A stretch of 64,000 bases of DNA from Eledone cirrhosa (lineage: Eukaryota). The position numbers were made by a program, and so were the translations under genes. Shown one piece after another: positions 53,701 through 64,000 of this stretch (position 1 is the stretch's first letter; every line of letters starts with the position of its first letter). The notes beneath the pieces were generated by a model. The model saw nothing but the letters and a program-made list of their open reading frames with translations. It searched no databases and was not told the origin of the DNA. The stretch spans positions 163,556,001-163,620,000 of the forward strand of contig OZ024742.1 in assembly GCA_964016885.1 (NCBI GenBank), given 5' to 3'.

Positions 53701-56700
53701 ATCTCCCCTTGGACGGCTAGAAATTACCTCTCCTTGGACGGCTGGAAAATATGTCCTTGGACGGCTGGATATTATCTACCCTTGGACAGCTGGAAATTAT
53801 CTCCCCTTGGACGGCTGGAAATTATCTCCCCTTGGACGGCTAGATATTACCTCCCCTTGGACGGCTGGAAATTATCTCCCCTTGATTTATTTTACAAATT
53901 ATCTCCCCCTGATTTTTTTTTACAAATTATCTCCCCCTGATTTTTTTTTTACAAATTATCTACCCCTGATTTTTTTTTACAAATTATCTCCCCCTGATTT
54001 TTTTTACAAATTATCTCCCTGATTTTTTACAAATTATCTCCCCCTGATTTTTTTACAAATTATCTTCCCTTGGCTGGCGGGAAATTATCTCCCCTTGGAC
54101 GGCTGGAAATTATCTCCCCTTGCACGGCTGGAAATTATCTCCCCTTGGTCGGCTAGAAATTACCTCTCCTTGGACGGCTGAAAATTATCTCCCCTTGGAC
54201 GGCTGGAAATTATCTCCCCTTGGAAGGCTGGAAATTATCTCCCCTTGGACGGCTGGAAATTATCTCCCCTTGCACGGCTGGAAATTATCTCCCCTTGGAC
54301 AGCTGGAAATTATCTGCCCTTGATTTTGTTTTTACAAATTATCTCCCCTGATTTTTTTTACAAATTATCTCCACCTGATTTTTTAAAAAATTATCTCCCC
54401 TTGGACGGCTGGAAATTATCTCCCCTTGGACGGCTAGAAATTATCTCTCTTTGGACGGCTGGAAATTATCTCCCTTTGATTTTTTTTACAAATTATCTCC
54501 CTCTGATTTTTTTTACAAATTGCCCCCTGATTTTTTAAAAAAAATTATCTCCCCTTCGCTGGCTGGAAATTATCTCCCCTTGGACACTGGAAATTATAGC
54601 CCCTTGGAGGGCTGGAAATTATCTTCCCTTGGACGGCTGGAAATTATCTCCCCTTGATTTTTTTTACAAATTATCTCCCCCTGATTTTTTTTACAAATTA
54701 TCTCCCCCTGATTTTTTTTTACAAATTATCTCCGCCTGATTTTTTTTTAAAATTATCTCTCCTTGGACGGCTGGAAATTATCTCCCCTTGATTTTTTTTA
54801 CAAATCATCTCCCCCTGATTTTTTTTACAAATTATCTCCCCCTGATTTTTTTTTACAAATTATCTACACCTGATTTTTTTTTACAAATTATCTCCCCCTG
54901 ATTTTTTTTACAAATTATCTCCCCCTGATTTTTTTTACAAATTATCTCCCCCTCATTTTTTTACAAATTATCTCCCCCTGATTTTTTTTACAAATTATCT
55001 CCGCCTAATTTTTTTAAATATTATCTCCCCTTGGACGGCTGAAAATGATCTCCCCTTGGACGGCTGGAAATTATCTCCCCTTGATTTTTTTACAAATTAT
55101 CTCCCCCTGATTATTTTTTACAAATTATCTCCCCCTGATTTTTTTACAAATCATCTCCCCCTGATTTTTTTTTACAAATTATCTCCCCCTGATATTTTTT
55201 ACAAATTATCTCCCCCTGATTTTTTTACAAATTATCTCCCCTTGGCTGGCTGGAAATTATCTCCCCTTGGAGGCTGGAATTTATCTCCCCTTGGACGGCT
55301 AGAAATTACCTCGCCTTGGACGGCTGGAAAATGTCTCCTTGGACGGCTGGAAATTATCTCCCCTTGGACGGCTGGAAATTATCTCCCCTTGGACGGCTAG
55401 ATATTACCTCCCCTTGGACGGCTGGAAATTATCTCCCCTTGATTTTTTTTACAAATTATCTCCCCCTGATTTTTTTTTACAAATTATCTCCCCCTGATTT
55501 TTTTTACGAATTATCTCCCCCTGATTTTTTTTTACAAATTATCTCCGCCTGATTTTTTTTTTAAAATTATCTCCCCTTGGACGGCTGGAAATTATCTCCC
55601 CTTGGACGGCTGGAAATTATCTCCCCTTGGACGGCTAGAAATTACCTCTCCTTGGACGGCTGAAAATTATCTCCCCATGGACGGCTGCAAATTATCTCCC
55701 CTTGATTTTTTTAACAAATTATCTCCCCCTGATTTTTTTTTACAAATTATCTCCCCCTGATTTTTTTTTACAAATTATCTCCCCCTGATTTTTTTTTACA
55801 AATTATCTCCCCCTGATTTTTTTTTACAAATTATCTCCCCCTGATTTTTTTTACAATCTCCGCCTGATTTTTTTAAAAATTATCTTTCCTTGGCTGGCGG
55901 GAAATTATCTCCCCTTGGACGGCTGGAAATTATATCGCCTTGGAAGGATGGAAATTATCTCCCCTTGGACGGCTGGAAATTATCTCCCCTTGGACGGCTG
56001 GAAATTATCTGCCCTTGATTTTGTTTTTACAAATTATCTCCCCCTGATTTTTTTTACAAATTATCTCCACCTGATTTTTTTAAAAATCATCTCCCCTTGG
56101 ACGGCTGGAAATTATCTCCCCTTGATTTTTTTTACAAATTATCTCCCCCTGATTTTTTTTTACAAATTATCTCCCCCTGATTTTTTTTTACAAATTATCT
56201 TCGCCTGATTTTTTAAAAAAATTATCTCTCCTTGGACGGCTGGATATTATCTCCCCTTTCATTTTTTTTACAAATTATCTCCCCCTGATATTTTTTTACA
56301 AATTATCTCCCCCTGATTTTTTTTTACAAATTATCTACCCCTGATTTTTTTTTACAAATTATCTCCCCCTGATTTTTTTTACAAATTATCTCCCCCTGAT
56401 TTTTTTACAAATTATCTCCCCCTGATTTTTTTTACAAATTATCTCCGCCTGATTTTTTTAAATATTATCTTCCCTTGGCTGGCGGGAAATTATCTCCCCT
56501 TGGACGGCTGAAAATTATCTCCCCTTGGACGGCTGGAAATTATCTCCCCTTGATTTTTTTTACAAATTATCTCCCCCTGATTTTTTTTTACAAATTATCT
56601 CCCCCTGATTTTTTTTTACAAATTATCTCCCCCTGATTTTTTTTTACAAATTATCTCCCCCTGATTTTTTTTACAAATTATCTCCCCATGATTTTTTTAC

Positions 56701-59700
56701 AAATTATCTCCCCTTGGCTGGCTGGAAATTATCTCCCCTTGGAGGCTGGAATTTATCTCCCCTTAGACGGCTAGAAATTACCTCTCCTTGGACGGCTGGA
56801 AAATATGTCTCCTTGGACGGCTGGATATTATCTACCCTTGGACGGCTGGAAATTATCTCCCCTTGGACGGCTGGAAATTATCTCCCCTTGGACGGCTAGA
56901 TATTACCTCCCCTTGGACGGCTGGAAATTATCTCCCCTTGATTTTTTTTACAAATTATCTCCCCCTGATTTTTTTTACAAATTATCTCCCCCTGATTTTT
57001 TTACAAATTATCTCTCCCTGATTTTTTTTACAAATTATCTCCGCCTAATTTTTTTAAATATTATCTTCCCTTGGCTGGCGGGAATTTATCTCCCCTTGGA
57101 CGGCTGAAAATTATCTCCCCTTGGACGGCTGGAAATTATCTCCCCTTGATTTTTTTTACAAATTATCTCCCCCTGATTATTTTTTACAAATTATCTCTCC
57201 CTGATTTTTTTTTACAAATTATCTCCCCCTGATTTTTTTTACAAATTATCTCCCCCTGATCTTTTTACAAATTATCTCCCCTTGGCTGGCTGGAAATTAT
57301 CTCCCCTTGGAGGCTGGAATTTATCTCCCCTTGGACGGCTAGAAATTACCTCTCCTTGGACGGCTGGAAAATATGTCTCCTTGGACGGCTGGAAATTATC
57401 TCCCCTTGGACGGCTGGAAATTATCTCCCCTTGGACGGCTGGAAATTATCTCCCCTTGATTTTTGTTACAAATTATCTCACCCTGATTTTTTTTTACAAA
57501 TTATCTCCCCCTGATTTTTTTTTACAAATTATCTCCCCCTGATATTTTTTACAAATTATCTCCCCCTGATTTTTTTACAAATTATCTCCCCTTGGCTGGC
57601 TGGAAATTATCTCCCCTTGGAGGCTGGAATTTATCTCCCCTTGGACGGCTAGAAATTACCTCTCCTTGGACGGCTAGAAAATATGTCTCCTTGGACGGCT
57701 GGAAATTATCTCCCCTTGGACGGCTGGAAATTATCTCCTCTTGGACGGCTGGAAATTATCTCCCCTTGGGCGGCTAGATATTACCTCCCCTTGGACGGCT
57801 GGAAATTATCTCCCCTTGATTTTTTTTACAAATTATCTCCCCCTGATTTTTTTTACAAATTATCTCCCCCTGATTTTTTTTTACGAATTATCTCCGCCTG
57901 ATTTTTTTTTAAAATGATCTCCCCTTGGACGGCTGGAAATTATCTCCCCTTGGACGGCTGGAAATTATCTCCCCTTGGACGGCTAGAAATTACCTCTCCT
58001 TGGACGGCTGAAAATTATCTCCCCTTGGACGGCTGCAAATTATCTCCCCTTGATTTTTTTAACAAATTATCTCCCCCTGATTTTTTTTACAAATTATCTC
58101 CCCCTGATTTTTTTTACAAATTATCTACGCCTAATTTTTTTTACAAATTATCTCCCCCTGATTTTTTTTTACAAATTATCTCCCCCTGATTTTTTTTTAC
58201 AAATTATCTCCCCCTGATTTTTTTTTACAAATTATCTCCCCCCTGATTTTTTTTACAATCTCCGCCTGATTTTTTAAAAAATTATCTTCCCTTGGCTGGC
58301 GGGAAATTATCTCCCCTTGGACGGCTGGAAATTATATCCCCTTGGAAGGATGGAAATTATCTCCCCTTGGACGGCTGGAAATTATCTCCCCTTGGACGGC
58401 TGGAAATTATCTCCCCTTGGACAGCTGGAAATTATCTGCCCTTGATTTTGTTTTTACAAATTATCTCCCCCTGATTTTTTTTTACAAATTATCTCCCCCT
58501 GATTTTTTTTTTACAAATTATCTCCCCCTGATTTTTTTACAAATTATCTCCCCCTGATTTTTTTTACAAATTATCTCCGCCTGATTTTTTTAAATATTAT
58601 CTTCCCTTGGCTGGCGGGAAATTATCTCCCCTTGGACGGCTGAAAATTATCTCCCCTTGGACGGCTGGAAATTATCTCCCCCTGATTTTTTTTTACAAAT
58701 TATCTCCCCCTGATTTTTTTTTACAAATTATCTCCCCCTGATTTTTTTTACAAATTATCTCCCCCTGATTTTTTTACAAATTATCTCCCCTTGGCTGGCT
58801 GGAAATTATCTCCCCTTGGAGGCTGGAATTTATCTCCCCTTGGACGGCTAGAAATTACCTCTCCTTTGACGGCTGGAAAATATGTCTCCTTGGACGGCTG
58901 GATAATATCTACCCTTGGACGGCTGGAAATTATCTCCCCTTGGACGGCTGGAAATTATCTCCCCTTGGACGGCTAGATATTACCTCCCCTTGGACGGCTG
59001 GAAATTATCTCCCCTTGATTTTTTTTACAAATTATCTCCCCCTGATTTTTTTTACAAATTATCTCCACCTGATTTTTTTACAAATTATCTCCCCCTGATT
59101 TTTTTTACAAATTATCTCCGCCTAATTTTTTAAATATTATCTTCCCTTGGCTGGCGGGAAATTATCTCCCCTTGGACGGCTGAAAATTATCTCCCCTTGG
59201 ACGGCTGGAAATTATCTCCCCTTGATTTTTTTACAAATTATCTCCCCCTGATTTTTTTTTACAAATTATCTCCCCCTGATTTTTTTTACAAATTATCTCC
59301 CCCTGATTTTTTATTACAAATTATCTCCCACTGATTTTTTTACAAATTATCTCCCCTTGGCTGGCTGGAAATTATCTCCCCTTGGAGGCTGGAATTTATC
59401 TCCCCTTGGACGGCTAGAAATTACCTCTCCTTGGACGGCTGGAAAATATGTCTCCTTGGACGGCTGGAAATTATCTCTTCTTGGACGGCTGGAAATTATC
59501 TCCCCTTGGACGGCTAGATATTACCTCCCCTTGGACGGCTGGAAATTATCTCCCCTTGATTTTTTTTACAAATTATCTCCCCCTGATTTTTTTTTACATA
59601 TCTCCTAATGATTTTTAAAAAAAAATTATCTCCCCTTCGCTGACTGGAAATTATCTCCCCTTGGACGCTGGAAATTATAGCCCCTTGGAGGGCTGGAAAT

Positions 59701-59884
59701 TATCTTCCCTTGCACGGCTGGAAATTATCTCCCCTTGATTTTTTTTACAAATTGTCTACCCCTGATTTTTTTTTACAAATTATCTCCCCCTGATTTTTTT
59801 TACAAATTATCTCCCCCTGATTTTTTTACAAATTATCTCCCCCTGATTTTTTTACAAATTATCTCCCCCTGATTTTTTTTACAA
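32701..59884 (+). repeat. Giant HOR copy 2, colinear with ~58-27,019 and then truncated
   Basis: Matching pseudo-ORF pairs: 1069/33712, 10973/43835, 13204/46066, 18235/51099 (identical 259 aa), 20795/53660, 23940/56805, 26492/59357. Confidence 0.9.
34107..40829 (+). repeat. Second block of ~1.3-kb HORs with unit lengths 1295, 1198, 1296, 1197, 442 (deleted unit) and 1295 bp
   Basis: Unit starts at 34107, 35402, 36600, 37896, 39093 and 39535, ending at 40829, taken from matching pseudo-ORFs. Confidence 0.88.
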
Positions 59885-62800
59885 TATCCGCCCGATTTTT
59901 TTAAAAATTATCTTCCCTTGGCTGGCGGGAAATTATCTCCCCTTGGACGGCTGGAAATTATCTCCCCTTGGAAGGATGGAAATTATTTCCCCTTGGACGG
60001 CTGGAAATTATCTCCCCTTGCACGGCTGGAAATTATCTCCCCTTGGACAGCTGGAAATTATCTGCCCTTGATTTTGTTTTTACAAATTATCTCCACCTGA
60101 TTTTTTAAAAAATTATCTCCCCTTGGACGGCTGGAAATTATCTCCCCTTGGACGGCTAGAAATTATCTCTCTTTGGACGGCTGGAAATTATCTCCCTTTG
60201 ATTTTTTTTACAAATTTCCCCCTGATTTTTAAAAAAAAATTATCTCCCCTTGGACACTGGAAATTATAGCCCCTTGGAGGGCTGGAAATTATCTTCCCTT
60301 GGACGGCTGGAAATTATCTCCCCTTGATTTTTTTTACAAATAATCTCCCCCTGATTTTTTTTTACAAATTATCTCCCCCTGATTTTTTTTTACAAATTAT
60401 CTCCGCCTGATTTTTTTTTAAAATTATCTCTCCTTGGACGGTTGGAAATTATCTCCACTTGATTTTTTTTACAAATCATCTCCCCCTGATTTTTTTTTAC
60501 AAATTATCTCCCCATGATTTTTTTTTACAAATTATCTTCCCCTGATTTTTTTTTACAAATTATCTCCCCCTGATTTTTTTTACAAATTATCTCCCCATGA
60601 TTTTTTTACAAATTATCTCCCCTTGGCTGGCTGGAAATTATCTCCCCTTGGAGGCTGGAATTTATCTCCCCTTGGACGGCTAGAAATTACCTCTCCTTGG
60701 ACGGCTGGAAAATATGTCTCCTTGGACGGCTGGATATTATCTACCCTTGGACGGCTGGAAATTATCTCCCCTTGGACGGCTGGAAATTATCTCCCCTTGG
60801 ACGGCTAGATATTACCTCCCCTTGGACGGCTGGAAATTATCTCCCCTTGATTTTTTTTACAAATTATCTCCCCCTGATTTTTTTTACAAATTATCTCCCC
60901 CTGATTTTTTTACAAATTATCTCCCCATGATTTTTCTACAAATTATCTCCGCCTAATTTTTTTAAATATTATCTTCCCTTGGCTGGCGGGAAATTATCTC
61001 CCCTTGGACGGCTGAAAATTATCTCCCCTTGGACGGCTGGAAATTATCTCCCCTTGATTTTTTTACAAATTATCTCCCCCTGATTATTTTTTACAAATTA
61101 TCTCCCCCTGATTTTTTTTTACAAATTATCTCCCTCTGATTTTTTTTACAAATTATCTCCCCCTGATTTTTTTACAAATTATCTTCCCTTGGCTGGCGGG
61201 AAATTATCTCCCCTTGGGCGGCTGGAAATTATCTCCCCTTGGAAGAATGGAAATTATCTCCCCTTGGACGGCTGGAAATTATCTCCCCTTGCACGGCTGG
61301 AAATTATCTCCCCTTGGACAGCTGGAAATTATCTGCCCTTGATTTTGTTTTTACAAATTATCTCCACCTGATTTTTTAAAAAATTATCTCCCCTTGGACG
61401 GCTGGAAATTATCTCCCCTTGGACGGCTAGAAATTATCTCTCTTTGGACGGCTGGAAATTATCTCCCTTTGATTTTTTTTACAAATTTCCCCCTGATTTT
61501 TTAAAAAAAATTATCTCCCCTTCGCTGGCTGGAAATTATCTCCCCTTGGACACTGGAAATTATAGCCCCTTGGAGGGCTGGAAATTATCTTCCCTTGGAC
61601 GGCTGGAAATTATCTCCCCTTGATTTTTTTTACAAATAATCTCCCCCTGATTTTTTTTTACAAATTATCTCCCCCTGATTTTTTTTTACAAATTATCTCC
61701 GCCTGATTTTTTTTTAAAATTATCTCTCCTTGGACGGCTGGAAATTATCTCCACTTGATTTTTTTTACAAATCATCTCCCCCTGATTTTTTTTTACAAAT
61801 TATCTCCCCCTGATTTTTTTTTACAAATTATCTTCCCCTGATTTTTTTTTACAAATTATCTCCCCCTGATTTTTTTTACAAATTATCTCCCCATGATTTT
61901 TTTACAAATTATCTCCCCTTGGCTGGCTGGAAATTATCTCCCCTTGGAGGCTGGAATTTATCTCCCCTTGGACGGCTAGAAATTACCTCTCCTTGGACGG
62001 CTGGAAAATATGTCTCCTTGGACGGCTGGATATTATCTACCCTTGGACGGCTGGAAATTATCTCCCCTTGGACGGCTGGAAATTATCTCCCCTTGGACGG
62101 CTAGATATTACCTCCCCTTGGACGGCTGGAAATTATCTCGCCTTGATTTTTTTTACAAATTATCTCCCCCTGATTTTTTTTACAAATTATCTCCCCCTGA
62201 TTTTTTTACAAATTATCTCCCCATGATTTTTCTACAAATTATCTCCGCCTAATTTTTTTAAATATTATCTTCCCTTGGCTGGCGGGAAATTATCTCCCCT
62301 TTGACGGCTGAAAATTATCTCCCCTTGGACGGCTGGAAATTATCTCCCCTTGATTTTTTTACAAATTATCTCCCCCTGATTATTTTTTACAAATTATCTC
62401 CCCCTGATTTTTTTTTACAAATTATCTCCCTCTGATTTTTTTTACAAATTATCTCCCCCTGATTTTTTTACAAATTATCGCCCCTTGGCTGGCTGGAAAT
62501 TATCTCCCCTTGGAGGCTGGAATTTATCACCCCTTGGACGGTTAGAAATTACCTCTCCTTGGACGGCTGGAAAATATGTCTCCTTGGACGGCTGGAAATT
62601 ATCTCCCCTTGGACGGCTGGAAATTATCTCCCCTTGGACGGCTGGAAATTATCTCTCCTCGGACGGCTAGAAATTACCTCTCCTTGGACGGCTGAAAATT
62701 ATCTCCCCTTGGACGGCTGGAAATTATCTCCCCTTGATTTTTTTTACAAATTATCTCCCCCTGATTTTTTTTTACAAATTATCTTCCCCTGATTTTTTTT

Positions 62801-64000
62801 TACAAATTATCTCCCCCTGATTTTTTTTTACAAATTATCTCCCCCTGATATTTTTTACAAATTATCTCCCCCTGATTTTTTTACAAATTATCTCCCCTTG
62901 GCTGGCTGGAAATTATCTCCCCTTGGAGGCTGGAATTTATCTCCCCTTGGACGGCTAGAAATTACCTCGCCTTGGACGGCTGGAAAATATGTCTCCTTGG
63001 ACGGCTGGAAATTATCTCCCCTTGGACGGCTGGAAATTATCTCCCCTTGGACGGCTAGATATTACCTCCCCTTGGACGGCTGGAAATTATCTCCCCTTGA
63101 TTTTTTTTTACAAATTATCTCCCCCTGATTTTTTTTTACAAATTATCTCCCCCTGATTTTTTTTTACGAATTATCTCCCCCTGATTTTTTTTACAAATTA
63201 TCTCCGCCTGATTTTTTTAAAAAAATTATCTCCCCTTGGACGGCTGGAAATTATCTCCCCTTGATTTTTTTTACAAATTATCTCCCCCTGATTTTTTTTT
63301 ACAAATTATCTCCCCCTGATTTTTTTTTACAAATTATCTACCCCTGATTTTTTTTTACAAATTATCTCCCCCTGATTTTTTTTACAAATTATCTCCCCCT
63401 GATTTTTTTTTTACAAATTATCTTCGCCTGATTTTTTTAAAAAAATTATCTCCCCTTGGACGGCTGGAAATTATCTCCCCTTGGACGGCTGGAAATTATC
63501 TCCCCTTGGACGGCTAGAAATTACCTCTACTTGGACGGCTGAAAATTATCTCCCCTTGGACGGCTGCAAATTATCTCCCCTTGATTTTTTTTACAAATTA
63601 TCTCCCCCTGATTTTTTTTTACAAATTATCTCCCCTTGATTTTTTTTCTACAAATTATCTCCCCCTGATTTTTTTTACAATCTCCGCCTGATTTTTTAAA
63701 AAATTATCTTCCCTTGGCTGGCGGGAAATTATCTCCCCTTGGACGGCTGGAAATTATCTCCCCTTGGAAGGATGGAAATTATCTCCCCTTGGACGGCTGG
63801 AAATTATCTCCCCTTGCACGGCTGGAAATTATCTCCCCTTGGACAGCTGGAAATTATCTGCCCTTGATTTTGTTTTTACAAATTATCTCCCCCTGATTTT
63901 TTTTACAAATTATCTCCACCTGATTTTTTAAAAAATTATCTCCCCTTGGACGGCTGGAAATTATCTCCCCTTGGCTGGAAATTATCTCTCCTTGGACGGC
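59827..64000 (+). repeat. Giant HOR partial copy 3, matching ~5160-9333 at offset 54,667 bp
   Basis: Pseudo-ORF pairs 5251/59918, 5956/60623, 6522/61189, 7326/61993, 7818/62485, 8231/62898 and 9047/63714 all differ by 54,667, and they share private variants. Confidence 0.92.

Larger units (their letters stand above)
1..64000 (+). repeat. Composite two-monomer tandem satellite array (A 25 bp, B 26-29 bp) with shared core AAATTATCTCCCC; extends beyond both window edges
   Basis: The core AAATTATCTCCCC or a close variant recurs about every 21-29 bp from base 1 to 64000, always on the + strand. No unique or inverted segment was seen. Confidence 0.99.

Noticed and set aside
86-63896. The listed + strand ORFs of 60-259 aa, including 18235-19014 and 51099-51878
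   Set aside because: All are readouts of the same monomers in rotating frames, mostly start at TTG inside the repeat, overlap each other, are broken by T-tract length changes and show no recognisable domain.
1-64000. CRISPR-like repeat-spacer array
   Set aside because: The constant part is only 13 bp, the 12-16 bp 'spacers' belong to two families rather than being unique, and there is no leader or cas gene.
1-64000. Telomeric repeat or canonical G-quadruplex / i-motif array
   Set aside because: C4-5 runs are separated by about 21-24 nt, far longer than canonical loops, and the two-monomer HOR structure does not fit a single telomerase template.
1-64000. Phase-variation poly-T tracts, diversity-generating cassettes or transposon/integron arrays
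   Set aside because: There is no target gene, reverse transcriptase, recombinase, terminal inverted repeat or target-site duplication. T-tract lengths are largely conserved between HOR copies.
1-64000. Pure sequencing artefact (concatemer or low-complexity noise)
   Set aside because: Specific variants recur in order at several fixed offsets with small consistent differences, which noise would not produce. Misjoins at individual junctions remain possible.

Overview
The whole 64-kb window is one uninterrupted, single-orientation, non-coding satellite array. I see no unique sequence, credible gene, RNA gene, transposon or CRISPR locus, and I cannot assign an organism or named satellite family; the scale looks like eukaryotic centromeric or heterochromatic satellite, which is an inference. 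Roughly 2,400 monomers (64 kb / ~26 bp) share the 13-bp core AAATTATCTCCCC, followed by one of two tails. Type A has TTGGACGGCTGG (25 bp, 52% GC) and type B has CTGA-T(7-10)-AC (26-29 bp, ~30% GC). A and B occur in alternating runs joined by stereotyped junction monomers. Organisation is nested: monomer, ordered cassettes of variant A monomers, ~1.2-1.3 kb higher-order repeats (HORs) and 0.6-3.5 kb duplications, a ~32.6-33.0 kb giant HOR, and a third partial copy that re-enters at 59.88 kb (offset 54,667 bp). All listed ORFs are translation artefacts of the repeat. Offsets come from the ORF track and from diagnostic variants read by eye, so they need confirming by alignment. The main candidate for novelty is the architecture: a two-state core-plus-tail satellite with a GATA consensus in most monomers and multi-level HORs.
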